From contig CAVTRN010000002.1 in assembly GCA_963737155.1 (NCBI GenBank), forward strand, positions 2,400,001 to 2,464,000: 64,000 nt of DNA, read 5' to 3'. This document shows positions 11,173-21,319 of the stretch, piece by piece (the first letter of the stretch is position 1; the number at the start of each line of letters is the position of its first letter). Below the pieces are notes generated by a model, which worked only from the letters and a program-made list of their open reading frames with translations, did not search any database and was not told the DNA's origin. The translations under genes and the position numbers were made by a program. The DNA comes from Nitrospirota bacterium. Its GTDB lineage: Bacteria > Nitrospirota > UBA9217.

Positions 11173-11817
11173 CTAGGAATGCGACAGCAGGGCGATGGCT
11201 TTTGTCCTACTTTTAACATTCAGCTTCCTGTAAACACGGTACAGATGAGTCTTGACCGTTCTCTCACTGATAGCGTTGCTGTTCGCGATTTCCCTATTAG
11301 AAGCTCCCTGCAATACCATGGTCAGCACTTCCATTTCCCTGTTTGTAAGCGGGGTCAGGCCTGGAATCTGGGCTTGGACCGTTTCCGGAAGAAGCATGGG
11401 TTTGGATATGGCTTTTTCCAGAATTCTTCGCTCCGCCCAGATCTCACCGCTCTGAACTGCATGGAGAGCCTTGATCATGGTCACCGGAGTATCTGTCGTT
11501 TTGATGTACCCTCGTATCCCGCCCTTTATATCCGTAATGAGGTGCTCATCTGAAGTTGTTTTGCTGAGAAGATACATTACGCGCGTTTGAGGGGATTTTG
11601 TTTGTATTGACCGGATAAATCGCGACAGCGTATGCCCTTTCAGAATGTCTGGGTCTAAAATCAATAAATCAGGCGTCATAGAAAGTTGTTTAATCGCCGA
11701 TTCCCGCGAGGAAACTGTTGAAACTACTTCAATATCCGTTTCTTTATTAAACGCTGACAAAACAGCCTGCATTTCGGCCTGGTCATTTTCTGCTATCATA
11801 ATACGAATAGGCAACAC
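11173..11817 (-). CDS. NarL/LuxR-family response regulator
   Basis: N-terminal REC-like domain (LLILD); C-terminal LTNREMEVL...SNREIA...ISERTVKTHL HTH; SD GGAGG and TTGACA-17-TAAAAT upstream. Confidence 0.9.
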   Translation of the reverse strand: MLPIRIMIAENDQAEMQAVLSAFNKETDIEVVSTVSSRESAIKQLSMTPDLLILDPDILKGHTLSRFIRSIQTKSPQTRVMYLLSKTTSDEHLITDIKGGIRGYIKTTDTPVTMIKALHAVQSGEIWAERRILEKAISKPMLLPETVQAQIPGLTPLTNREMEVLTMVLQGASNREIANSNAISERTVKTHLYRVYRKLNVKSRTKAIALLSHS

Positions 11818-11967
11818 AGTAAGTACCTCCCTATCCTAAGATTGCCTTCTGCAAACTTTCTCTAATACTATTTTAAGAGCTGCCACAAGAGATGTCAAGG
11901 CGGGAGCGAAATAATTATTGTGGCATGATATGGCAGAAAAAGATATTTCAGCTTCTATATAATTGAT

Positions 11968-12648
11968 TTATAAGAGTTTAATGCAGTATTTCCGTAACAT
12001 CTCATCTAAAAGAGGGAGCGGAAGTCCGACAACGTTGTTATAGCATCCATCAATCCGGGCCACCAGAAGCGCTCCTTTTCCCTGGATGCCATAGGCACCT
12101 GCTTTATCCATCGGTTCTCCAGATAGAACATACTTTTGAACTTCATCCTCATCGAGATTTCGAAACCAGACCTTGGTTGTCGATGTTTTGCATGATACCA
12201 TCCCGGTAGCCGCGTTCATGACCACTAACCCAGTAATAACTCTGTGCATCTTCCCCGAGAGCATCTTGAGCATGCGCTTGGCATCATGGGAGTCGGCAGG
12301 CTTCCCAAGAATAATATTCTTGAAAACTACGATGGTATCTGCTGCAATGACGATTCCCTCACCCGCTTTTTTTGCCGAGACCCTGGCTTTATCAAGAGAT
12401 ACCCTAATCGCATACGCTTCAGGCAATTCTCCAGACAAAATGCTTTCATCCACATCGGCGGGATCTACTGTAAAATCAATACCGATCTGGCGTAAAAGAT
12501 CCCTGCGTCGCGGCGAACCGGAGGCAAGTATGATTGAAGACGTCTTTTTAGTCGTTGCCAGTATAATAGCGATTGCCCCCTGGGAGTCGGCACCTCGAAT
12601 TTTTCGAAGCTGCTGCCGAAAAATACACGATATACCCCATATCAGCAC
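11968..12648 (-). CDS. maf: Maf-family nucleoside triphosphate pyrophosphatase (start uncertain, probably near 12560)
   Basis: ILASGSPRR, IAADTIV, ILGKP, DKAGAYGIQG, NVVGLP. Confidence 0.9.
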   Translation of the reverse strand: MLIWGISCIFRQQLRKIRGADSQGAIAIILATTKKTSSIILASGSPRRRDLLRQIGIDFTVDPADVDESILSGELPEAYAIRVSLDKARVSAKKAGEGIVIAADTIVVFKNIILGKPADSHDAKRMLKMLSGKMHRVITGLVVMNAATGMVSCKTSTTKVWFRNLDEDEVQKYVLSGEPMDKAGAYGIQGKGALLVARIDGCYNNVVGLPLPLLDEMLRKYCIKLL

Positions 12649-12758
12649 GCAATGATAAGGATCTTGCTGCAGACCGAGGAAATCATTGCTTACTTATTTT
12701 TCTATAATTGCATTAATATCTTTGGTGCCTTAATGCTGGCGAGGGTTGTTCCATTGGC

Positions 12759-13517
12759 CTACGGTGATGTGTTTTGTAAAGCAGTCAATCTGGTTAGCCA
12801 AGGCACTTTTTTTATCAATACATATGAATTATCATCCCACTTGTATATGGATGCTGATTGCCATATGAATCTTCGACCCTTATCAACAACGCTTCGAATG
12901 CTGCCTTTCGTTTTAGCATCAACCTCAAAGCAGCGGCCCCAGATTAAAATGTCTGCCACACCGTCGTTATCTAGATTGGCGATTTCAGGAAGTGCTTTCG
13001 ATCCCGTCATGAGGGCAACCTTCAGCGTTTTTCCGACTACTGCAAAAATGACGATATGATACACATTACTACCGTTCCAAACTGTTAGGAGGCGTCCGCC
13101 TGGTTCTTCCATTGAATAAGATGATGAAAACCGATCCATCGTTTCATATTCGTATTTCGGAATTAATTTAGCTCCAGCCTCTTTGTAAAAACGAAGATGT
13201 CTGCTTGGCATCCAGTGGCCACTGAAAAATTTACGACCATCAGTAGTTATGCACAAAAGTTCCTCATCGTTCACGTCCCATCTGGTCATGCCAAGAATAG
13301 TTTCATTTTTCGAAATATCTGCAATAGTGGTTTCTATGGTATGCTGCACAGGCATAAATATGCCGAAATCTGCATCATCGTCATCTGCTGCAGCCGCACA
13401 TGAGTTGGTTGTCCTGTAAAAGATGGTAGCACTGATCATACCCAGCAAACAAATAATAAAATAAAGCACCTTTCTATTCAGGAAGAACCCTAGCCTGCTT
13501 TCTGTTACAGAGTTCAT
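12759..13517 (-). CDS. Exported or membrane-anchored hypothetical protein with an FG-GAP-like Ca-binding motif
   Basis: N-terminal hydrophobic segment; NLDNDGVADI motif; ATG overlaps the stop of the upstream frameshift-corrected gene. Confidence 0.65.
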   Translation of the reverse strand: MNSVTESRLGFFLNRKVLYFIICLLGMISATIFYRTTNSCAAAADDDDADFGIFMPVQHTIETTIADISKNETILGMTRWDVNDEELLCITTDGRKFFSGHWMPSRHLRFYKEAGAKLIPKYEYETMDRFSSSYSMEEPGGRLLTVWNGSNVYHIVIFAVVGKTLKVALMTGSKALPEIANLDNDGVADILIWGRCFEVDAKTKGSIRSVVDKGRRFIWQSASIYKWDDNSYVLIKKVPWLTRLTALQNTSP

Positions 13518-14250
13518 CGGTTTTCCCCTTCTTGCGCTTTACTTCCAAATTGAAGTTTTAACGGCAACGATAGGATCATTTCCGCATTATCGCTGTCTTT
13601 GACAGATATTGATATGGTGTGCATTCCAGCGTCTTCCGATTGGAAATCCCACATTATCTCACCTGTTCTTTGATTTACCGTCATTCCCTTTGGTCCTTCT
13701 AAAAGCGTATACGTAAGTGGGTCTCCGTCCGGATCTGGGCTTGGATCTTACCGGAATAATGATTGCCGCTGATAGTTACATCAGCGAGTGTTGGGCTCAC
13801 TACTGGTGGAGAGTTGCCGATTACCGTCATCTGGGTTAATGTCATTCCCTGAATCCCGTCAACCTCTGGGGTTATGGCTACGACGACTTTGTCGCTTTTC
13901 ACGAAGGGCACTTTCAAGTTCGGTCCATTTTCCGCATATAAAATATTCCCATTCACGCTCCATTGGTATCGAAAAGTAACGGGGGAATCACTGTTCGTTT
14001 CGGCTACGACTTCTACATGGAGTTCGTCTCCTTTTCGTGGTAAGGCCGGCAATAATTTTAGGTTTACAATCCTTGGTGGTTTTACAGCCACCTTTGATTT
14101 ACCCTCATCGTCCTGTAAGGATGACACCTGCGATGTAACTGGTTGTGGAGCCAACTTCATCCCGGCTTTGTCGGAATTTTCACAGGCGTGAAATAAAGCG
14201 ACACAGACGAAAGCGATACCTAAAAAGATTGCTAACGGACGATAACCCAT
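13514..14250 (-). pseudogene. Putative lipoprotein with Ig-like (He_PIG/cadherin-like) domains; one-base deletion near 13737
   Basis: Signal ending FHAC; YQWSVNG, GNSPPV; shifted frame reads DPDGDPLTYTLLEGPKGMTVNQRTGEIMW...VKD to TGA at 13514, overlapping the next ATG. Confidence 0.75.
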
Positions 14251-14912
14251 GCCTCAGCTCCTTGCGGCCATTTACATACGGTGATAAGACCGGCTGCATT
14301 CATATTGACAGCAAAGGTGTCAATATTGTTAGTGAGATATACCGTCCCCCCTACCAGTGACGAGTTACCATTGTCAGGCAAAGGGAACCCATTGGAATCT
14401 ATTTCCACACATGGCCATGCGCCACCGCAGTTTGGTGGGACACCGTTCCCGCCGGGCTGTCCACCGTTGTTACCGAAAGCAGCACCTGATGTATTATTGT
14501 TCCAACATGCATTTTTCGTAACACTAACACCTGTAGCAGTTCCAAATATTACGGAATCAGGCAACACCATGGTGTTGCCGACCTGTGTAGCCTCGCCAGC
14601 ATCCCTTACTCCATTGCCGTTCAAGTCTTCATATGTATATGTTTGGTATGAGTTGGCACTGTTGAAAACCACAAAGACGCTACTCCGTACCAGCACACCG
14701 TTAACCATATCACCCCCACCCGCGCGAATTGATGCATTCTGTGCTGTTTTGAGGTCCGCTTCCAGTTGTTTTGCCGCCTGCTGCACAATATTGCTCGACC
14801 GGAGTGTTTTGAACACAACCGGGAACGCGATAGCGGTTATGATACTTGCTATCCCGATAACGACAAGCAACTCGACCAATGTGAAACCTGCATAATCCGG
14901 GTTTCGTGCCAT
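14232..14912 (-). CDS. FimT/FimU (GspH-like) minor pilin
   Basis: Class III signal G|FTLVELLVVIGI; QLEADLKTAQNASI; DLNGNGVRD loop. Confidence 0.85.
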   Translation of the reverse strand: MARNPDYAGFTLVELLVVIGIASIITAIAFPVVFKTLRSSNIVQQAAKQLEADLKTAQNASIRAGGGDMVNGVLVRSSVFVVFNSANSYQTYTYEDLNGNGVRDAGEATQVGNTMVLPDSVIFGTATGVSVTKNACWNNNTSGAAFGNNGGQPGGNGVPPNCGGAWPCVEIDSNGFPLPDNGNSSLVGGTVYLTNNIDTFAVNMNAAGLITVCKWPQGAEAWVIVR

Positions 14913-14914
14913 AC

Positions 14915-17900
14915 TTACAATTTCCTCCACCAAAGTGTCTTCACCGGGTTTGTTGGTGTAATGTTTGATGTAAAGCTCGTGCTTGAGCTTGACCCGACTT
15001 GGATAACCTGCCCATTAAAAAGCTGGAGGGTTACGTGATTGTTTTCTACTGCAATATTGCCCAACACAGCACTGCTCAGACTAATGGGATTAATAGTAGC
15101 TCCTGAACTAGTCTTAGCCAATTGTCCAGTCGCCAAACTCAGGACCAAGAACCTTCCAGTACTGGTTGACACTACCGTGTTGGGGGCACCCACATCGGTA
15201 AATCCGCTGGCTGTGCCGACATAGACATAGCCGTTCGCGTCAATCACAGGAGTACTCCAAACCTTCTCTCCAGGATTCAGGGCAAAAGCAGGATTCCAGA
15301 GATCCGTGATATTGCCCAAGTTATCGATGCTGACAGCGAAGAGATGATATGTGTAGGTGCTTTCATCATACAGACTATCCCTGCCACCCGTACCGAACAC
15401 GATGTCATGATCGTATATCGCCACCGGAACGCCGATTGGCTCATTCGCTCCAGCCCCCACGGTAAATGCTGGCCCTCCTCCAGACACCACGCTCTTACCG
15501 GTAAGCGCATTTAATATCCAGAGTCTTCCCTCCAAATCCCCAAAAATTACGTAATTATCCGTGCCGTTATTACCATAATCCATTAATGCTGGCAGCGGCG
15601 GGGTATCATTGACTCCTTCTGCATTACCGTCATACAATATTTTCGTTTCCCACTCCAGGTTGCCGTTGAAAAAGTTCAGAGCGAACACGCTCAATCCCCA
15701 GACCGGTTGCGGCGAGCTGGTTGTGCCGATGTTCACCTGGCGGATCCATTGTGATGTGAGAAACACATAGGTGTTAAGTGTGGTGCCGACCTGTACTTGC
15801 CCAATCGAAGTGCTCTGAGCGTTGCCCATGTTAGGATCAAATGTCTGCGTCGTATCAGTCGTTATATAGCTCGCGGGGAATCCCCCTGTTGGATAATAAT
15901 TTAACAACGCCGTGTTTGTCGAAGCGCTGATGAGGTTTTGATAGCTCCTCTCCCACAAAACCTGCGGATTATACGGATTGGACACATCAAGAGCGAAAAC
16001 AATGCCCTGGTCCACAACTTGGCTAGTGCTGCCCGGTACCATGATTTTGGCTGTTCCCGTGACAATTGTTCTCCACTGCTTTGGGGTAGTCGGGTTCCCG
16101 TCTGGTGAAACGAAGAAATCACCTAGTGCCGGGGAACCGTCAACGGAGACCGCAACGGTAAAGACCGGACAAGGCGTGGTGCCTCCAGGGCTGCAGTTCG
16201 TGAACGTCTCGTTTTGTATCGACGAAAGGAGTCCCGACGGGATATACGCCCATATTTCCGCGCCCGTTCCGGTATTATAAGTACATGTGCCCCCAGTCAA
16301 CAATGTGCCTGACCCGGCGTAAAAAGCGTGCAGCATACCGTCATCAGCCCCGACAAAAAGGATCTGGTCCCTACATCCGTTTTTTGATCCATTAATATTA
16401 ACCGGAACCCCCTCATTGGCCGCTGTTACCAGGGGGCTATCAACCATTAATGCCGGTGTGGAATGCTCTATGCCTCCGAGCCGCTTGGTCATTTCACCTG
16501 TTCCTGAAATATTAGTTGAAGAAGCGTTATTTCGTCCTCTGACCGAGTTAATCAGAGCTTCTACCTGTGGCAATGTCATTGCGGCCGCCGGATCGAGATA
16601 GTGCCAGAGTTTGGTTGTATCCGTTTGTGTCGCGCCAACGTTTGTAATGTCAAAATTGACAATGGTGGTGCCGGTCAAGTTGGTAAAAATATATCTCGTG
16701 ACATTATCATTTGATGGTGACGGTGGGTCCTGCGACCCCGCAACCGGCATGGTAGTTGATTTGCCGGCGTCCCAGTTTTGGACTGCCGGATCATCCTGCA
16801 TGTTGATGGAATAGACATGACCTTTGTATCCCGGGTACTCAAAGTCGGCTCTGTAGAGGATGTTATTGTTCGAAATATCTCCTGCCTTGTCATACTCGTA
16901 GGGGATAAGCTGGAACTGCAGGCCTAGAAGCGTATTCAAAACGTACTTCATCCCGCAGGTGTTGGTTAGCGCCCAATTGATGGTGCACTGGGTAACTGCC
17001 TGCCCGAGAACAAGATCTAAAGGAAGGGGTGCGGTCGCAAGCGATATTCCAAGAATGGGCGCGGGGTTTTGGGTAAGCGTTTCGGAAGGAGAAAAGCTGT
17101 TGGCATGGGCTACACTGGATTGGCCACTCCACCCGCCGGACCAGATTTGGGTGGCATTATCATAAACGTATGTCATTTTCCCCCCGCCCGGGAAAGTGAC
17201 ATAAAAATCCGTAATTGTCGTGCTGGCTGTCGCGGAAATCTTTACATCATCAAGAATGTATTTTCCCGAAACAGTATGGAATAGAGCGCTGGTCAAATCC
17301 ACGGTGACTCCGCTTGAACTAGTGGTTTTATGCCCAGAACCCCCAATCGTATATGAAGCTGATGGACAAGTAGAACCGTGACTACACCCGGTGTAATCGG
17401 CTTCGACGGTGAATGTGCCCGATGCGATACTGTTACTAAAATAGAATTGGTTGGTTGAAACGATTGGAGTAACAACTTGCGGAGGGCAGGCCGCTGTGGA
17501 CTGAGAATCCGATGTACAGACCGTCGTCGGAGAAGAAGTTACATTCTTTACCGTCGTAAGTTCTGTTGTCCCGTTTCCGGGAAAATAAACGTTGAAGTAA
17601 TTAAGCGTATAAGTTTGAGATGTACTCAGGTTACTGATCGCCACGCCCGTGAGCGAGTTACTGGCGAAAGCCGCTTCTGACATATCGACTTTTATATTGC
17701 TGTCATGCCCGATAGTCCCTGCCGACTGGCCGATTACGTAAGAAGCTTTAGGACAGTTCCCTATCGCCCCGGTGGTGCATGATCCGTATTGAGCTTCAAC
17801 GGTTACCGTGTCGCCACTCGCAAGAGAAGCATTGAAATTAAATTGAAAATCCTTTAAGGAAAGAGGATTGCACGACGCTGTGCTTGGTTCATTAGGTGAG

Positions 17901-19657
17901 CAAACATTCGTATCCGGAGGGCTTACCTCGTCGGAGGTGTCCCACATATTTGTAAGAATCGTTGTTGTCGGGTTTTTATTGTAGGTTACATTGATTGCGG
18001 TAATGGTATTGCCCGCGGAAGGGCTGCTGTTCCCTACAATAACGTTTGTGAGAGCATAGTAGTTGACAGTGACACCGTCCGATTCGTAGACAGGTCCATA
18101 TTGGGCGGAATCCAAGTCAACGAATAATGTGCCATCCGTTCCATACGTTCCGGACATTGAAGTCAGATTGAAGTTTGCCTTCGGGCAGGTGCTCCCGGCT
18201 GTGCAGCCTGAATAGACGGCTTCTACGGTAACTGTGGTAGTGGAGACCAGGCCAGGCGTATTAAAATCGAATTCGAAACTTCTCTCAACAGGGGTCGCAG
18301 TCGTGCTGTTTGTGCATGCGGCATACTGATGGCCACCGAGATAAGCAACAAACCCCTGTGTGGGGCTGCCGTTTATCCTTCCACCCATGTAATAATTGAA
18401 TCCCAGGGGGGCATAGCCAGTGAGCGTTTCGTTATCAGGATCATGAATATACCGCTCAATAGTGGTGTTAAAGGTGTAAGACGGGGTGTACTGCTGGCTG
18501 GCACGTACGTTTTCGGTAAGGCCTGTGACGGGAACATAGTTCCATCCACCGCATTGGGAAAGAGGGTCGGTTACATGCTCATAAACAAGGTTATTCAGAT
18601 AAGTCTGCTCACTCCTCCCGCTAGTAGGCAAGTTCCCGCCATTTTCCTCTATCCTGCCATATTTGCCGGATAGCGTCGGGCTTGTCAGGAGTCCCTCTCC
18701 CGTGAGATAGTTTGACGCGACAGGGCCTGTTAGATCCTCATTGGGACAGACGTCCGCCAGATTGCCGTGAGCCGTGGTGCCTGGGCAGGTAGTGCCTCCC
18801 AGATCATATGAACGTTCGAGTGTTTGGATGGACGCACATTCAAAAAATCCTGCGTTGCCGCCCGTTATGAAATTATAAATATTATTGATCACTGCATGCT
18901 CTTCCGCCACAGAAATGCCATCCAAATCGATCTGCCAGTGAGGCGCCCAGAGAAGCTGGTAGTCGCCGAGAATGCCATTAGGATGTGTCGTACTGTACGG
19001 CGCGCCTGCGATATCGTCGTCCGACACGTAATCAAATATAGTGTACAACTCATTCGCGAGACCTGACGCAAAGAGGTAATTTGTCAGAATCTGAGTTGAA
19101 CCCTCTCCGAGAACCGCGACCGTTGGCGGCGTCCCGCTCAACACCTCGTTCACTTGAGCAGAAAAATCGTAATTGGACTGGTGAATCTTTACATTCGGGT
19201 ACTTTTTGAAAAGAGCCAGCATATTGGCATCAACGGTGTTGCCGTCCAGGACAAAGGGGCCACCTATATATTGGACTGTAGTAGCTGCACCGGAGTTGGC
19301 CAGAGAACTGTTTTGAATGGTAACGACGGGCAAACTGCCAGCTTTTGTGATGCTTACATCCACGCCCTCCGGTGTCGTTTTGCCCGGGTTAATAATCCAG
19401 TAAACAGGGTAGCCTGCCTGCAAGATGTCGTAGATTAGTCCGATGGCCTGGAACATGCCCTGGTCGTTTTTGTTCGGATCACAGCCAGCAGGCTGCGCCA
19501 TCATCTCAGGATCATTGTTGGGCTGCCAGCAGTTGTCCTGGGGAATGATATAGGAACCTGCCGGAAACGTCGTGGTAGCCGCATGCGCAAGCGTTGGTCC
19601 GGATACTACGCACAGCATGATCGTGAAACAGATGACATATTTAAAAGAATTTTTCAT
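14915..19657 (-). CDS. pilY1: PilY1/PilC-like type IV pilus tip adhesin
   Basis: Signal peptide; C-terminal PilY1 propeller motifs LGGIEHSTP, FVGADDGMLHAF, GAEIWAYIP, VDGSP, FALDVSNP, DYGNNGTD; located in a minor-pilin operon. Confidence 0.85.
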   Translation of the reverse strand: MKNSFKYVICFTIMLCVVSGPTLAHAATTTFPAGSYIIPQDNCWQPNNDPEMMAQPAGCDPNKNDQGMFQAIGLIYDILQAGYPVYWIINPGKTTPEGVDVSITKAGSLPVVTIQNSSLANSGAATTVQYIGGPFVLDGNTVDANMLALFKKYPNVKIHQSNYDFSAQVNEVLSGTPPTVAVLGEGSTQILTNYLFASGLANELYTIFDYVSDDDIAGAPYSTTHPNGILGDYQLLWAPHWQIDLDGISVAEEHAVINNIYNFITGGNAGFFECASIQTLERSYDLGGTTCPGTTAHGNLADVCPNEDLTGPVASNYLTGEGLLTSPTLSGKYGRIEENGGNLPTSGRSEQTYLNNLVYEHVTDPLSQCGGWNYVPVTGLTENVRASQQYTPSYTFNTTIERYIHDPDNETLTGYAPLGFNYYMGGRINGSPTQGFVAYLGGHQYAACTNSTTATPVERSFEFDFNTPGLVSTTTVTVEAVYSGCTAGSTCPKANFNLTSMSGTYGTDGTLFVDLDSAQYGPVYESDGVTVNYYALTNVIVGNSSPSAGNTITAINVTYNKNPTTTILTNMWDTSDEVSPPDTNVCSPNEPSTASCNPLSLKDFQFNFNASLASGDTVTVEAQYGSCTTGAIGNCPKASYVIGQSAGTIGHDSNIKVDMSEAAFASNSLTGVAISNLSTSQTYTLNYFNVYFPGNGTTELTTVKNVTSSPTTVCTSDSQSTAACPPQVVTPIVSTNQFYFSNSIASGTFTVEADYTGCSHGSTCPSASYTIGGSGHKTTSSSGVTVDLTSALFHTVSGKYILDDVKISATASTTITDFYVTFPGGGKMTYVYDNATQIWSGGWSGQSSVAHANSFSPSETLTQNPAPILGISLATAPLPLDLVLGQAVTQCTINWALTNTCGMKYVLNTLLGLQFQLIPYEYDKAGDISNNNILYRADFEYPGYKGHVYSINMQDDPAVQNWDAGKSTTMPVAGSQDPPSPSNDNVTRYIFTNLTGTTIVNFDITNVGATQTDTTKLWHYLDPAAAMTLPQVEALINSVRGRNNASSTNISGTGEMTKRLGGIEHSTPALMVDSPLVTAANEGVPVNINGSKNGCRDQILFVGADDGMLHAFYAGSGTLLTGGTCTYNTGTGAEIWAYIPSGLLSSIQNETFTNCSPGGTTPCPVFTVAVSVDGSPALGDFFVSPDGNPTTPKQWRTIVTGTAKIMVPGSTSQVVDQGIVFALDVSNPYNPQVLWERSYQNLISASTNTALLNYYPTGGFPASYITTDTTQTFDPNMGNAQSTSIGQVQVGTTLNTYVFLTSQWIRQVNIGTTSSPQPVWGLSVFALNFFNGNLEWETKILYDGNAEGVNDTPPLPALMDYGNNGTDNYVIFGDLEGRLWILNALTGKSVVSGGGPAFTVGAGANEPIGVPVAIYDHDIVFGTGGRDSLYDESTYTYHLFAVSIDNLGNITDLWNPAFALNPGEKVWSTPVIDANGYVYVGTASGFTDVGAPNTVVSTSTGRFLVLSLATGQLAKTSSGATINPISLSSAVLGNIAVENNHVTLQLFNGQVIQVGSSSSTSFTSNITPTNPVKTLWWRKL
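17090..18290 (-). repeat. Three ~130-aa internal protein repeats in PilY1
   Basis: FEFDF..TVTVEAVYSGCTAGSTCPKA / FQFNF..TVTVEAQYGSCTTGAIGNCPKA / FYFSN..TFTVEADYTGCSHGSTCPSA, each followed by a VD[LM]xxA motif. Confidence 0.8.
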
Positions 19658-19727
19658 TATACACCTCCGAGTTCCACGATGTCTTTTTTATGGCTCATTT
19701 AAAATACAAATGCAGAACTCAGCTCCG

Positions 19728-20315
19728 TCAGTTTAAGCTTTGAACTATATTGCCTGAATTTACGCCGGAGCCGCTTTGTTGAGTGCTACTTGTCTTTTCC
19801 GGGCCTGCTCCTAGCTGAGAGTAGATGTTGTTGTTTGCTTGAAAAATAAACATCGCCTCTACCGTCGTCGTCGTGTTTTGGTGGGGATCTGTTGCCATTA
19901 CCGAGGCAAGGATGATCCCGTCATCGTCGACACTATAATTGCTGTCTCCATCATTATTATCCTTCATATATAGATTCCACACATAACCGGTAAGTGCAGA
20001 TGTGTTCATCGTTGAACTTACGACCATTTGCTGAGTGCGATTTTGATACGTAGCGTCTAACGGGTTTGAGGCCAGAAGCCCGCACCAGTTAGGCGGAGCA
20101 CAAGAGTTGTGCCAGAGATAGTCTCGCATCTCCTCGCTTCCGGCCCACGCAGCATAATAACCCTGGTTTTTTTCTCTGACCATGGCGAGATTCCTTAAGT
20201 AGGAGGCCATGGTATAGCACAGGGCGGCAGTCATCAAACCGACAACTGCCGTAATCAACAGCGCCACCACCAGTGCGATGCCCTTTTCACCCGATCGATG
20301 TTTAAAAACTGACAT
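19728..20315 (-). CDS. pilX: PilX-like minor pilin
   Basis: EKG|IALVVALL without Glu5; YYAAWAG; between pilW and pilY1. Confidence 0.8.
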   Translation of the reverse strand: MSVFKHRSGEKGIALVVALLITAVVGLMTAALCYTMASYLRNLAMVREKNQGYYAAWAGSEEMRDYLWHNSCAPPNWCGLLASNPLDATYQNRTQQMVVSSTMNTSALTGYVWNLYMKDNNDGDSNYSVDDDGIILASVMATDPHQNTTTTVEAMFIFQANNNIYSQLGAGPEKTSSTQQSGSGVNSGNIVQSLN

Positions 20316-21318
20316 TCATCACCTCTACGGACTTGTTCAGAAGCAGCCTTCTGTAATTATCATTAAACGGTCCGACGGTAATCGGATTTGCATTTCCCAA
20401 AGTATACGTACTACTATCCACATAACCATTGCTTGCCGGGAAATCGGAACGAAGAAGGATCCAGATTCTTATTTCCGTGACACTCGCTATATTAGTTGAG
20501 GCGATTGTCGGCGTCGGGATTCCGCCTGCCAATTCAAACTCAATTTCAAATCCATCAACACCTCCCATTGCATTATTCGGTCCATGAGATGAGATAAGAG
20601 GAAGTGAATAGGGGGTGCAGAGCCCTTGCGCTTTATTGTCCCATCTGGTGAGAATAAGGTCTCTGCTCCCGTCTACCGATATTTGTTTCATGACCACCGA
20701 GTAAAAATTGCTGTCTGCGTTTACATTTTGATTCAGCGGGGGTGTTATAGTCATCGCAGTCCCATTGAAATTAGTAACCTGATATACAAGGGTACCGAGA
20801 TTCGGCTGAAGGGAATCAAGTGTTATGAAAGCCCCGGCATTGGCCGTGAGACCGGCAGTATAGTTTATAGACGGGGCGTTTGTGTTGGTGTTCAGAAGAG
20901 TAGCCCCCGCAGAAGCATTCTGACTTGTCTGCAGATATGGATAACCTGGGTTTGGCGTTGTTATCCGTTCAGCAGTAAGGTAGGAAATCGATTCGTTCGG
21001 AGGTGCGTTCGGCGGTGTGTTCGTAAGCGCGAGCGAATTGATTGGGTTTGGATTAATATTAGTACAAAACTGGATGGAAGGCGTCGCAGCGATAAATAAT
21101 CCCGCCAATCGTAGTTGCTCAGCGACATAGTCCAATACCCGCTGTCCTTTCTGAGTCATTTCCTGCTTGACGGCCAGATCACTCACATTTTTGCTAGTGG
21201 GACTGAAGGATGCATAAAAGACAGCCATCAGGATACTGAATACTGCCATAGCAATTACCAACTCGACCAGAGTTATTCCCGAAGCCTTTTTTATTTTTTT
21301 TAAATTAAGTTTCAGCAT
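20302..21318 (-). CDS. pilW: PilW-like minor pilin
   Basis: G|ITLVELVIAM; LRLAG; VDGFEIEF; IRIWILLRS; YRR...VEVMN. Confidence 0.82.
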   Translation of the reverse strand: MLKLNLKKIKKASGITLVELVIAMAVFSILMAVFYASFSPTSKNVSDLAVKQEMTQKGQRVLDYVAEQLRLAGLFIAATPSIQFCTNINPNPINSLALTNTPPNAPPNESISYLTAERITTPNPGYPYLQTSQNASAGATLLNTNTNAPSINYTAGLTANAGAFITLDSLQPNLGTLVYQVTNFNGTAMTITPPLNQNVNADSNFYSVVMKQISVDGSRDLILTRWDNKAQGLCTPYSLPLISSHGPNNAMGGVDGFEIEFELAGGIPTPTIASTNIASVTEIRIWILLRSDFPASNGYVDSSTYTLGNANPITVGPFNDNYRRLLLNKSVEVMNVSF

Positions 21319-21319
21319 A

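Noticed and set aside
12560-12648. N-terminal extension of Maf
   Set aside because: Probably an ORF-calling artefact; the true start is unresolved
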